The notes beneath the pieces are model-generated. The model did not search any database, was not told where the DNA came from, and saw only the letters and a list, made by a program, of their open reading frames with translations. Shown here one piece after another: positions 25,243 through 37,760 of a stretch of 64,000 nt of DNA. Location: positions 16,680,001 to 16,744,000 of the forward strand of contig NC_058368.1 of assembly GCF_018350175.1 (NCBI RefSeq). Direction: 5' to 3'. The translations under genes were made by a program, and so were the position numbers. Each line of letters opens with the position of its first letter. The first letter of the stretch is position 1. This DNA comes from Felis catus (lineage: Eukaryota).

Positions 25243-25460
25243 GGCAAGCCTCACCCGGAGTTAGCCTTTATATAGAAACGCCTCAGGTGTCTTGGGACAA
25301 AAGATCAAATATTAGAGGGTTACTAAGTGCTGAAGTGGATTTAATGTGTCAGTACCCGAATGGAAAACTTCAAGTAGACCCCGAAGCCTACAGGCCGAGT
25401 AACTGTGAATTGAAGACCTTCGACTGGTCCAGTTAGCCAGGCACGAGATCTCAGATGTAC
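25242..25460 (-). promoter_or_regulatory. Candidate TATA-box promoter
   Basis: TATATAAAG on the minus strand (25274-25266), a CA dinucleotide ~30 bp downstream, and 7 CpGs in ~200 bp of unique sequence. Confidence 0.4.
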
Positions 25461-25582
25461 CTTCTGCCTAATTCCCAGCCTCCAATCAGCTTTCATTTTT
25501 GCTGATGACATTGCATCATTATTTTTCATTTTTACCTTTTACCTTCTATTTTTACTTCTAATAGCCTAGTTTAAGTCATACC

Positions 25583-25690
25583 TAGTTTTTGATTAGATTT
25601 TACTAATTATTAGCTTGTAACAGTACCTTACGGTATTAGTTTTTGATTAAATTTTACTAATTATTGTCTTGTAGTAATACCTTATGGTAT
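25583..25690. repeat. 54-bp tandem duplication, 2 diverged copies
   Basis: tagtttttgatta(g/a)attttactaattatt...tacctta(c/t)ggtat twice. Confidence 0.9.
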
Positions 25691-25691
25691 T

Positions 25692-25797
25692 ATAATAATA
25701 TGATATGATATGATATGATATGATATGATATGATATGATATAATATGATATATAATATAATATAATATAATATAATATAATATAATATAATATAATC
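25692..25797. repeat. (ATATG)n/(ATATA)n pentanucleotide microsatellite
   Basis: Direct inspection. Confidence 0.95.
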
Positions 25798-26145
25798 ATA
25801 TGGCCTCTCTCTTCCAGGCACTGTTTCCTTTAATCCAGCCTACAATCTACAGCCAGGTTGGTGTCGCTGGCTCTAATCATGGCATTTACCTGTGCTTACA
25901 AACCTTCAAATACTACCTACAGTTTTCTAAATAATTCCCTAATGTTTCATTCTGATGACAATGAGATTGAAAGGACTGTGATTTCTCTGTAGAATGACAA
26001 GTTGGAGTGCTCCAAAAATGTAAACTGAAATTGAGCGTCTGAAGTACTAGTCTCTGGTTCTTACATCTGCGCTATTAAAATAATTCATTTTTATATTCTT
26101 GTGAATTAAATAATGTACACTAATGAAGTCAGTGTGCGCACAACT

Positions 26146-26364
26146 GTTTTTTAATGTTTATTTTTGAGAGAGAGAGAGAGAGATAGAGACAGAGCATGAG
26201 CGGGGGAGGGGCAGAGAGAGGGGGAGACACAGAATCAGAAACAGGCTCCAGGCTCTGAGCTGTCAGCACAAAGCCCCACTTGGGGCTCAAACTTACAAAC
26301 CACGACATCATGATCTGGGCCGAAGTTGGACGCTTAACCGACTGAACCCCCCCCCAGGTGTCCC
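26146..26364 (-). mobile_element. Can-SINE
   Basis: Full-length reverse complement; flanking aactgttttt duplication. Confidence 0.94.
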
Positions 26365-26403
26365 ACACAAAACTGTTTTTAAAAAAGACTAATGAAAAGA
26401 AAG

Positions 26404-26925
26404 TGGGACACCTGGGTGGCTTAGTCGGTTGAACTTTGGACTCTTGATTTCAGGACTCAGGTTGTGATGTCGTGATTGTGAGATTGAGCCCAAACTCAGG
26501 GCTCCACACTGAGCGTGGCGCCTGTTTTTTTTTTTTTTTTTTTTTTAAGGTTATTTCTGTATTTTGAGAGAGAGAGAGCTTGCATATGCATGCACGTGCA
26601 TGAGCGGGGTAGGGGCAGAGAGAGAGGGACAAACAGAATCCCAAGCAGACTCCATCCATGCTGTCAGCACAGAGCCCCCCAGGGTTCATCTCAGGACTGA
26701 GAGATCATGACCTGAACTAAGATCAAGAGCAGGATGCTCAACCAAATGAGCCATCCAGGCGCCCTTGAAACCTGCTTAGTATTATCCGTCTCCCCCTCTG
26801 CCCCTTCCCTGTTCTTGCACTCTTTCTCTTTCAAAATAAATCAATTTAAAAAGAAGAAGAAGGAGAAGAAGAAGAGGAAGAAGAAGCAGGAGGAGGAGGA
26901 GGAGAAGAGGAAGAGGAAGAAAGAA
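26404..26925 (+). mobile_element. Older Can-SINE split by an antisense SINE, with a (GAA/GGA)n tail
   Basis: Head at 26404-26525; 3' part resumes at ~26768 (cctgcttag...ctctgcccc...aaataaa). Confidence 0.88.
26526..26765 (-). mobile_element. Can-SINE nested in a SINE
   Basis: Poly-T tail through gccatccaggcgccc. Confidence 0.93.
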
Positions 26926-27399
26926 GGCATTGGAGTGCATCAGCTACACTGAAAAGAACTGTTTAAAATCCCTGGATTTGTGTTCTCTGCTGGAGCCCAG
27001 TCACCTGTGTGAGTCTGCTTCAAAAGCTGATCAGATGATTACAAGGTTCTAGTCATTATGATGAGCTGCCTTTTCCTGCAGATTTATGAATGTGTGCCTT
27101 CTTGAAAAACAAAAGATCAAGAGTTGTCTTTCCTATGAGGAAATGAATGAAAAGATTACAAACTATTATATATACACACAGGTATAAGACATACCTCATT
27201 ATCAAATAAGTTCTTGTCCAACTTTAGACTTTAACATAAAACTGAAGTTTTAACTGAGAATGAATCGCTTGTATTTATTGCCACAATATTCTTAATATAA
27301 TTTATTTTTTGAGATCAAAAAGAAATTTCTCTTTGGTCAGGTATGTGTGACAAAATAGGTCAAATCCAATTTTTGTGGTTTTCTCAATCTTAGTGATTA

Positions 27400-29050
27400 G
27401 TTGTTTTTTATTGAACTAGTATCTACACACTAAAAGTGTAGAAATCAAATGCATACAACTTGATTTTTACATACTGAAATAAATGTAGTAATCAGCACCA
27501 ATATAAGAAATGAACCATTACCTATAGCCAAAAAGCCTACTTCCCAGTCACTATTTTCTAGGAAAGGTAATCATTATTCTGATGTCTTACTCTATGGATG
27601 TGTTTTACTTCTGTGTGACATTTTTATTAATAGAATCATGTGACATATACTTGTTTATACACGTGTTCTTTCAAAACTGTATTTTTGACATGTATCATTT
27701 TTTATAAGTAGTAATATTTATAAATTTATTTTTGTGTTTCCAGACATTGGTTATCATTAGTATTACTGCTATGAATATCCTGGTTACATGTCTATTGACA
27801 AACATATGTACATATTTATGTTTGAATATACATAGAAGAGGAGTGGCTGAATCCCTGGGTATGCATACTTAAGCTGTATTACATACTGCTAAACAGTTCT
27901 TGCTAATATATTCTTCACTAGTGTCTAAGAGGGCTGGTTGCTCTACATCTTTGCCAACCCTTGATATTATCTGTTTTATTTTGGTCATTGTGGTGGGTGT
28001 GTAGTAGCAGTAATTGTGGTTTTGATTTACATTGTCCTAATATGAAATATGAAATATATGAAATATATTTATTACCTTCATGATATTGTCAAGTGTTCAA
28101 GTGAAATATGTTTATTACCTTCATGATATTGTCAAGGGGTTAAGTGTTTTGTCCATTTTTCTATTGAGCTGTTACTCATTTTGTTATTGATTTGTAGATC
28201 TTTATGTCTAGATAGGAGACCTTTGCCAGCTATATGAACAGCAGATATCTTTCCCCATTCTTGTCTTTCTAGTCTGTTTATGGTATCTTTTGGTAAACTT
28301 AGGTTCTTAATTTTAATGGAGTCAAAATTATCATTTTTTCCTTTATTGTTAGCTTTAGTGTCTTACTTAAGAAATCTTTGCCTACCTCAATAATGTGAAA
28401 ATATTTTTTTTCCTAAAGTTTTACATATTTACATTGCATATTAAGGTCTAAAATCAGTCTAAAATAGAGTTTTTCAAATGAACTGTGGTTGGGCAAGATT
28501 AATTTATATCTATTTGGTTATCTAGTTGTCCCAGAACATTTATTTATAATTGTCATTTACTTCAGTGTACCAAGGTCTGACATTTGTCACAAACCAAATT
28601 ACCCTGTACTGGTACTTTGGGTCTGTACTCTACTTCATTGCATCTTGTCTATGTATGTGTCCATGTGGCATCATTTTAATTACCAAAGGTTGTTTTTCTT
28701 CATACTTAGCAGTGAAAAATCTCTAGCTTTGCTTTTCTTCAAGATTCTGGTTACATTTGGCATTTTGCAGTTCCAAATTAATTTTGGAACTAGTCAGTAC
28801 ACACAAATGCATGCAAACTTGTTGGGATTTTGATTGAATGTGCGTTGAATCTGTAGAATAATGTAGGATAAATTATAAATTATATTTTAAAAATATTGAG
28901 TATGGAAACCCATTAATGTGATCTATCTTTCCATTCATTTAGTTGTTTTTAGATTTCCTTAATATTTTGGAGTTTTCACTTTAGAGTTCTTATAAAATTG
29001 ATTTTACAATTACTGTTAAGTAATAGCATTTTCTTGATAATAATATAAAT
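27400..29050 (-). mobile_element. Old L1ME ORF2 3' and 3'UTR
   Basis: gttgctctacatctttgccaacccttgatattatc, tacttaagaaatctttgcctacc, gttgggattttgattgaatgtgcgttgaatctgtag. Confidence 0.8.
28060..28146. repeat. ~43-bp tandem duplication within L1
   Basis: gaaatat(a/g)tttattaccttcatgatattgtcaag twice. Confidence 0.9.
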
Positions 29051-30859
29051 GACCTCATTTAAGCTTTACTAAGTTTACTTATAAATTAATGACACTGGAG
29101 TCTTTTAGTTGGCCTACCTCATAATTTGGGGTTGCATGTTGGCCTTTAGAAGTTGGGGTGATTATCTTCTTCCAAATAGTGCTTACCCTTTTGGGCAGCT
29201 AGAATAGGACTGATTATTTCAATATAATTAGGGACAAAGCTGTCTAAATTCTGTGTTGTAATGTTGACAATGCTTTATTTACCACTGGATTGCCTCTCCT
29301 TAAAGGAAAAGCATCATATTTTAGATGCCCCCCTCTCTTAGCACCAAGATTCTGGTCTCACAATTATCTAATTTTCATTTTTCTAGCCCTGGGAAACTAC
29401 CAAAACAATAGTCAGTTTCTCTGCCAATTAATAGTAGCCTTCTGACCAGATACTCTGCCTGGATCCCTAGCATTTTGTCTCATATGCAAAATGTACAAAT
29501 GTCCTGAGGTTACCAGGACTGCAGCCTGATAGCTTAGCTTTCTTCCTTTCCTGGAAATTTTATTCACAATTTTGGCTTGTCTCAGTAATTCTCAAATGCC
29601 TTCAAACAAATGTCCTATCTATCTATTTATCTATCATCTATTATATATTATAGTTTATTGGACTTTTTCTCCTGTCTTCTTTTGGCAGGATATCTGGTTT
29701 GTATATTTACTCCATTATATCTGAACGCCCAGGTCCTTCACTTATATGCATCATTTTTTTTAATATTTATTTTCTATTTTGAGAATGAAATCCTGAAATT
29801 TTTAAGATTCATTGCTTCTAAAAATATATCAATTTATTGACTTTCATCTAATTTAATTAACCAATGTATTGGAGAAAATAAAGAGAGTTAAAATACTTAT
29901 GCTCACTACGGAATTGTACACCATAAGTGTATGTTTATACTGTTTTTGTCCTGTAATGTGAAACAACTCAGTCCTTCAGCCAAAGGGGATAATTCTTAAT
30001 TTCTTTTACTTTTATTTCTAACCATCAGTGGTAACTCAATTGTATTTCAAGCTCATATGTGTTCTAACCAAGCACATAACCTGTAATTGCCTCTAATTTC
30101 AGTCACCTGAGTATCTGAGTTAGTTGTTTTTGCTTTTCCTATTTTAAGCAGTAAAGACAAAACCTGAAGGAAAATTTTCAGTAACTCCGTTCCACAGATA
30201 CATGTGTATGTAGAAAATTAACTGCATAAATCTACAAATGAGTAATCAGTTTTTCAAATCACAACAAAACACACTTAGACATTTTAGACATGCAGAGAGA
30301 GAATAATTGTTTTTGCAACTGTATTTTAAGAAGACCTGGAGACTTCTTAGTCTCTTCTGAAAGATCTCATATTTCTGAAATGGTACAGAAATAAGCTCCT
30401 ATATAATAACATTTACAAAATCAGTTATCAGGTATCTGATAAAATGTGTGTAATTCTTCCCAAACTGAATCAAGTAGCCAATAGATTATAAATGCAAATG
30501 CAAATGCAAATACAATACAGATTCATCCTTCACAACATCACTTAGGATGGATGTGACTTTTCTTCACAACATAATTTCAAACAACTGGACACACTGGAAA
30601 GTGCCTCTTCCATTATTGGAGAGAATGTGATCAATGTTTCCTAATTTCTTTACTTTGGGAAGTGGAACTTTTCAACTTACATGTTCACTTTTTCCCCTTC
30701 TGTCTCTGGGCTGAAGACAGTGATTACAAATCACTCTCATCCATATACAAAACTTATTAGAGAATATTCCAGTTAGTAATTCTATATTCTTTTTCTAAAC
30801 CACACTCAGAATCAATGTCATGCTTAATATCATAGCTAACATACCTGAACTCATCTATT

Positions 30860-31265
30860 GCCCTCTTATCACATTTATTGCCTTGAACAAGCTACATTTG
30901 TGCTTTCTGTTACCCTTCCCAGAAATGCCTTTCTTCAAGATTTTGCCTGTCTTACTGCATTTTGTCATTCAAATCCCTGCTTCAGTGGTTCTCTCCAAAT
31001 GTGCCTTCCCTGCCCCACCCAATTTAAACTGGCCAATCCCCTAAACCCTCATGTTTACTATTTCCTTTGGCTCCTTTAATCTCCTTCTAAACAGTTATCA
31101 GGAACTGAAATTATGTACCTGTTTATCTGTTTAGTCTTCATCTACCAAACTCTTAATAACAGCCCATGAGCAGGCACCTCATTAATCTTTTTCACTAATG
31201 TATTTCTAGCTCCTAGGACCTTTCTTATAATTTCTTTGTTTTCCAAAATGAATGAATAAGTGAAA
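30860..31265 (+). mobile_element. L2 3' end
   Basis: cttcccagaaatgcctt...gccttccctgcc...gtatttctagctcctag...aatgaatgaataagtgaa tail. Confidence 0.75.
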
Positions 31266-32341
31266 TATTGACGTACTTTTCTTCTGAGACAAGAATATTG
31301 TTCATTCTGAGAAATAATGTAGCAGTTTTGCAATTTTGCAAGTATCATGTCCAGAAATGTCATTTTTGCACCTATAGATCATTTCAAAGCACTAGTATTT
31401 GCCCGCCGTATTAGAATATTATAGTTAATTATTAATGAAGTATAAATTTATGAGAAAGAATTTAATGATTGATTATGTGTTATCTGATAAACCGAAAAGA
31501 CATTACTATTTCTGAAATTTAGAGTGATTTCTTTAGTACTGGTGAATTACTCTCATTGTTTTCCACCTAAATGCAGTCACTCACCTACTGTCCCCTCATG
31601 AACTACTATTTTTCACACATGTACACACCATGCACATACTCAAGCACATGCTCCATAAATATACTCATGCTCATGCACACACACACACACGCAAACACAC
31701 ACACACACATACACACACACAAACCTACTACTATTTCAAACTGGTTCTGGGCTAACTAGAAAATCTTGGCCTGAGCCAATATGATTCACAGGTAGCTCAA
31801 CTATTACTTTACTCTGTCATCATACAAAATCTGTTCAGTTACACTGAGGAAGTTTTGTTGATAGTCATACCCTATGAACTAATACAAAATTTAACTCCTG
31901 AGTCAGAATGGCATTTAAAATCTTCTTCGATTGTGAAAAGGCAGATCTCCAGGGGGCGGAAAATACTTGAAAAGTGTCCTTTAAGCTTTAAAATAATTAA
32001 ACATACTTAATTTTCTTCAGGGATTCTTCACACAGCTGGATCTATGAACATTGGGGTCTTGTCAGTAATATTTCCCACTGTGTCCCCAACTTCCTTACTT
32101 GTACATAGGTTTATGTCTGTAGCTCTGAAAATGATCAAACTTGTAAAGTTTAATAATGTAGCGTTACAGCTGGAAATGAGCAAAAGATCACGCTGTAGGA
32201 GAGAAAACCAATTCTCAGCACAAATGGTTGTGAAACATATCACCATCGGCAGGCAAAATAGCTAGACTGTGACATTTTGTTGAGGTTTTGCCACCAAAAT
32301 CAATTGGGCTGGTCATGTGCTCTAGTTGTCAATGCTCAGTC

Positions 32342-32400
32342 TATAAAAGGAAGAAATTCATCTATGTTTTCTCAATCATCAGCAAGACACAGCAGTAAGC
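32342..32400 (+). promoter_or_regulatory. Candidate TATA box, Inr-like site and nearby splice donor
   Basis: TATAAAAG at 32342-32349, TCAATC at 32372-32377, GCA|GTAAGC donor at 32395. Confidence 0.25.
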
Positions 32401-33741
32401 GTCATCTATTATTGAATAGCTTTTCAGAGTTGATCCTCCATTAAAAACAATTTCACGGAAAAAAATGGGGAAGTTAATATTAATGAAAATTGTCATTCAG
32501 GTTTATCTCTGAGACAAGAGAAAATATCTATAAATTATCTATAATGTAAAGAGTGTCTTTTTGAAAAGAAAAATTGTTAAGAGGATCAGGGAGGTAGTAT
32601 TTTTTTTTTACATTTAAAAAGTACAACGCACTCTAATGATGTGTCTATTTATGAATGGCATCACATACATTTCAATCTGCTCAGCTATTTCTTAGTTTTA
32701 AGTTGGCAGAACAAAATAAAAAAAAAGAAGAAGCTTCAAATAGAAGTTGGTTCTTTCCCTTTAACTTGAAAACATTTCTCTGCAAATTGAAGCTGGAATA
32801 ATATATTTTAGAAGATATCAAGAACTTGGTCCTTTTGTTTTTCCCAGCTGTAGTTTCTGGCTTCCATCTGTAACCTAATGTTCAATCATTTACGCAAGAA
32901 ATGAAAATCTTTATTTTTCCTTCTGCCTCTCCACCTTTGGTAAATGTTTGCCTCCCACAGGGTGTCATTTGAGCCCCAATTGAGTGGGAATGTTTGAAAT
33001 AAAATTTCTTTCTCAGGCTCTTTTACCTGATATATATTTTTGCTTTCCTCTTCAAATTCCTTTCAGTTTCATGGAGAAGCCCAACATTTCCCTGTAAAAC
33101 AATTGGCTACATGTTTTCTACAAGATGTCGATGCTGTGCTCTGAACGGCGTCGGGGTAGAATGTCTCAATTAACCGACTGCTATATGAGATGAATAATGT
33201 CATTTTTATTTAAAAGCTGATTGCAATGAGAAGACTGTGCCATTTATATTAACAGTCACTTTCATTCATCACTAAATTATGGTATAATGTAAAAAAAATC
33301 TCAAATAGCCAATATTATCTAATTGACTTCTGCTTTTAGAAGTAGTATGGACGGGATATTCTGCTTCAAAACATCCTCATTCTGGATAAATTACAACAAA
33401 CATAATTTGAAACATCTTGTTAAGCTCACAAAATATTAAGGAAAACACCCGAGGAATAATAAAATAAAAAAAGTGTGAGCTGAATCAGTGTTAAGGACAT
33501 AACCCGCCCCCCCCCCCCCCGGTTTTTTTTCCTGGAGATAGATGAGGGGTGAAATGTCTTACAAATAACTTAATAGATTTGACAGGGGAAGACTCCTCCC
33601 TCAGAGAAAGGCTACAAATAAAGGGTTTCAAATATAACTGTGAGCAAGGGATCCCCCCAAAAACATCTGTGTTTTAGCTCCAGATTAAAATGATCTCTCC
33701 TGAGATTTTGTAATGAAAGGCTGCCTCAGTTGGGCCTAGAA

Positions 33742-33789
33742 TTTTTAAAAATATTTTTTAATGTTTATTTGTTTTTGACAGAAAGAGAT

Positions 33790-33835
<46 letters not shown>

Positions 33836-33973
33836 TGGGGGAGGGGCAGAGAGAGAGGGTTACACAGAACCTGAAGCAGGTTCCAGGCTCCCAGCTGTCA
33901 GCACAGAGCTGGAAGTGGGGATCGAACTCACAAACCTCCAGTTGCTTAAATGACTAAGCCACCCAGGCACCCT
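33742..33973 (-). mobile_element. Can-SINE
   Basis: TSD tgggcctag(a/g)attt. Confidence 0.94.
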
Positions 33974-34782
33974 GGGCCTAGGATTTAAAGTTGTTTTGTC
34001 CACATGGTTAGAAGACCTCTAGGTAAAAAAATAGAGTAAAGGATTCTTTGGTACATGCAGAGGTAAGTTCAAAATTTCTGGATGAAAATCTCTTCAAATG
34101 AAGATCCTCAAGCTAATATTTAGGCAAAATAAACTCAATAGAAAGAATTACAAAGCAAAGAAGTAAGTCAATATGAGTGAATATAAGAAAAAAAATCTCA
34201 AGGATTTCAGAAGGAATTATTAGAGATAAAATAAAATTAATCAATTTTATAAGTTATTAAGAAATAAAATATAAACTGGAAACAAAATAATCATGCAGAA
34301 AGGCTATTAATGATACCTGGAAATACTTAAAAATGGACAAAGGAACTTACAGAAATTGAAAACATGATAACTGAAATAAAAAGCAATTGATAAATAATGT
34401 AGCAGATTTTGTGATAGGTTATAAAAATTAATGAACCACAAGATATATCTATGAAATTATACACAGTGCACTATAGAGGCATAAGAAGAGATAGAAAGCA
34501 TGAAGGAGACTTTGAGACATCCATAGACTAAAACAAGAAAATTTAATACTTTTTTTAAAACAGAGTGCCAAGAAAGAAGGTAAGGGTATAGTATGAGGAT
34601 AGAATGCTTGAAAATGTTCCAGAAAAAAAATGAAAGATTTGAAAGCTTGAGTTCATATAATTCAGTGAATTTTCACAATAATGAAAAAAACCTGGTCTTA
34701 TTATATTGAGAATGAAGAGCACTCAGAGAAAATATTAAATTTAGGAAGAAAAAAAGGACATCACATGTGAAAGAATCAGAGA

Positions 34783-34993
34783 GGGGCACTTGGGTGGCTC
34801 AGTCGGTTAAGCATCCACTTCGGCTCAGGTCATGATCTCATGGTTCGTGAGTTGGAGCCCCACATTGGGCTCTGTGCTGACAGTTCAGAGCCTGGAGCCT
34901 GCTTCAGATTCTGCATCTCCCTGTCTCTGTCCCTCCCCCATTTGCTCTGTGTCTCTCTCTCTTAAAAATAAACATTAAAAAAAATTTTTTTAA
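34783..34993 (+). mobile_element. Can-SINE
   Basis: TSD aaagaatca(g/c)aga. Confidence 0.94.
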
Positions 34994-35482
34994 AAGAATC
35001 ACAGAGAAAACTAGGATGTGTTGGGATAATGAACTCAAAATAATAGGAAGTAGAACTACCATCTTGGAACTTTGTACTCAACAAAACTATCTTTCAGTAA
35101 TGAATGGGAAAAATAAACCAGGAGGAAAAAATTATGAAGGAATAAGGATATGTCCAAATTCAATAGAAAAAGAAGAAAGAAAAGTCATAGAAAAATCAAA
35201 ATAAATATGAAACATAAATACAGTATGCAAAAGATATGAACAGCCATTTGATGGAAGAAGAGGTATGAATGGTCAATAAAGATATGAAAAATGCCCATCC
35301 CCGTTAGTAACCTGGGAAATACTCACTAAATGAAATACGATCTTACATTCAACAAAAGGTAGTGTATCTGGAAAGTACCAAGTATGCAGCTATTTGTGGA
35401 AGTATATTGGTATTAACACTTTTGAAGACAGTGCAACACTAAGTAATTTGAAAGATATGCATACTTGTGACCAAGTATTTTC

Positions 35483-35550
35483 TTTTTCTTTTTTTTTTGT
35501 AATGTTTGTTTATTTTTGAGAAAGCGAGAGAGTGCTAGCGGGAGAGGCAC
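35483..35550 (-). mobile_element. Truncated Can-SINE 3' fragment
   Basis: taatgtttgtttatttttgagaaagcgagagagtgctagcgggagaggca. Confidence 0.75.
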
Positions 35551-35904
35551 ATTAAAAAATAAGTAATACTTTTAGCTTGTTAAAAAATAATAGCATAAAA
35601 AGATACAGAAAGGTTTCACAGGCAACTCCCACCCCTCCATCATTCATAGTCCTACTCCCAACATACAGGTAAACATTTTTCCCGGTTTCTTATTTCCTTA
35701 TCAGCTTACCCACCACACGCACTCTTTTAAATCGAATTTTTTTTTTCGGGTAGTTTACAGCAAAATTGATCAGAAAATACAGAGTTCCTGCATATCTCCC
35801 CACCCCTTGTATGCCAAGTACTCATGGCTTCTCCCAGGCAGGCCCCAAAGATTTGCAATTCAGAAGAGTACCAAAGACAGTCTCACAGAAATAGGCATCG
35901 GTTT

Positions 35905-36130
35905 GGGGCACCTGGGTGGCTCGGTCGGTTAAGTGTCTGACTTCTGCTCAGGTGATGATCCCACAGCAGTTTCTGGGCCCAAGTCCTGCATCAGACTCTG
36001 TGCTGCCAGGGCAGAGCCTGGAGCCTTCTTTGGATTCTGTGTCTCTGTCTCTCTCTCTGCCCCTCCCCAGCTCATACTCTGTCTCTGTCTCTCAAAAATA
36101 AAACATTAAAAAAAAAAAAAAAAAGAAAGA
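35905..36130 (+). mobile_element. Can-SINE
   Basis: Head, CT tract and tail; flanking agaaat(a/g)ggcatc duplication. Confidence 0.94.
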
Positions 36131-37150
36131 AAGAAATGGGCATCCGGAGGCATTTGCAGTCTATTACTGCAGTACTGATTTTAATGCAAAAACTTGAGAC
36201 AACCCATCTGTTTGGACTTGGCATTGACATGCTCAGTGCAGTATTATATTGCAGTAGCAGTAGATAAAAGAGAGGTAGAGATAGCAATAAGCGTGGAATC
36301 CCCAAACATAATTATAAGGAGCACATCGGAAGTCGCAGAGAAGTACATAAAATGTATACACTATTTATCTATAAATGTATACACCTGTATATTTTACATA
36401 ATTTAATAACACATTGCTTTGGCATATTTACATATGTGGACAAATTATAGTGAAAAGCAAAGAAAATATAAACAGAGAAATCAGAGAAGCAATTAACATC
36501 GATGGAAGAGTAGCTCCAGTAAAGTAGTAGAATCCAACAAGTAGCAAACCAGCTTCCTTAAAATTATTGACAATATTACATGCTTAAAACCAGTGGTTAC
36601 TTAAAAAAAAAAAAGGTGAGTGGTTGGTGCATATGCTATGTTTTGGTCTATTATACTTCATACTTATATAAAATATAGTTTTCTTCACATATGAATATTT
36701 GTTTCTTAGTGTATTAAGTAATTTGATCAAATATTTATTACTTTAACTTAAATTTGGTATACGGTGCTTGACAATTAGCCCTAAAAATCAAAAGCCATAG
36801 GTGATTTTAGAATTATAATATTAAAGTTTGCCTTCAGTTAATTATAATCCTAAAATTACAAATGACGTTACAAATACTATTCCTATCTAGTGTATGTTGT
36901 ATTTTTTTATTTAGAATAAGTCTTGTTTCCCAGAAGAATTTTTGTTGTGGGCTGAATTTACAATGTGTGATACATTATAGAGCATGAATAAATTATCAGT
37001 AAATACCATCATAGGGAAAATGTTGGGCCAAACTGACTCCCCAGATTTCTTATACATAAGTCTCAAAGAAAGTAATAAGTCTCAGTGTAGATGGTACTAC
37101 TTTATCTTATTTACACTTTCTTATGTGTTTTTTCCTTTTATTTTTTAACC

Positions 37151-37500
37151 TGTTACAGCAAATACTCGCCCCCCCCCCAAGAAGAGACAAGCCACATGCA
37201 CTTGGGGAATCAGAAAAGACTGTTTATTGAGCACCTGTGTGGGCCCAGTGGAGTCACCTCCAAAGGCTGAGCCCCAAACCTTGGCATTGATCTCCTTTTA
37301 TGGCTGGGATAGTAGGGGGTTGAGAGACAAAAGAAAAAGGGTAGGGGGCACTTACCAGTGGTGCTATCCCAGCAGTTAGTTGGTGGACACAGGAGGCAAG
37401 CAAGATTACAGAAGCCAAAAGTATGCAAGGGGAGTATCCAGCCTTGGGCATCTGACTGGCCCCTTTTATCTTGTTTTTTTTTAACTAGCTTTTCTTCTCA
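37151..37500 (-). mobile_element. Complete solo LTR (350 bp), ERV1-class by TSD length
   Basis: TG...CA termini, 4-bp TSD AACC (37147-37150, 37501-37504), minus-strand CATAAAAG followed by AATAAA (37228-37223). Confidence 0.8.
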
Positions 37501-37629
37501 AACCCTTTGCCAATTTCCAGAGGTTCAAATGTATAGTCAAAATTATAAGAGTCTCAACAAAATCATTCCCTTTAACTGAACTTTAATTTTGAGCAAATGA
37601 AATTATGTTAATTCCCAAAACATTGGGAA

Positions 37630-37760
37630 CTTGGTATTATCCTCCTGGTTTTATGTGTATGGAAACCAAGGTTCAGAGAGGTTAAGTAAACTGTCTAGGA
37701 TCACACAGATAATAAGTGATGGAACAGGGATTCAAACTCACACTTGACTATCATACTATA
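37630..37760 (-). mobile_element. MIR
   Basis: ggaaaccaaggttcagagaggttaagtaaactgtctaggatcacacag...gggattcaaactca. Confidence 0.85.

Larger units (their letters stand above)
33320..35480 (+). mobile_element. Very old L1 (L1ME-like) 5'/ORF1 and 3' fragments
   Basis: A-rich ORF1-like text; atggtcaataaagatatgaaaaatg; tggaagtatattggtattaacacttttgaagacag. Confidence 0.6.

Noticed and set aside
30518..30555. agattcatcctt resembling part of miR-802, with a weak hairpin
   Set aside because: Seed and flanks do not match, and the stem is too short for a pre-miRNA
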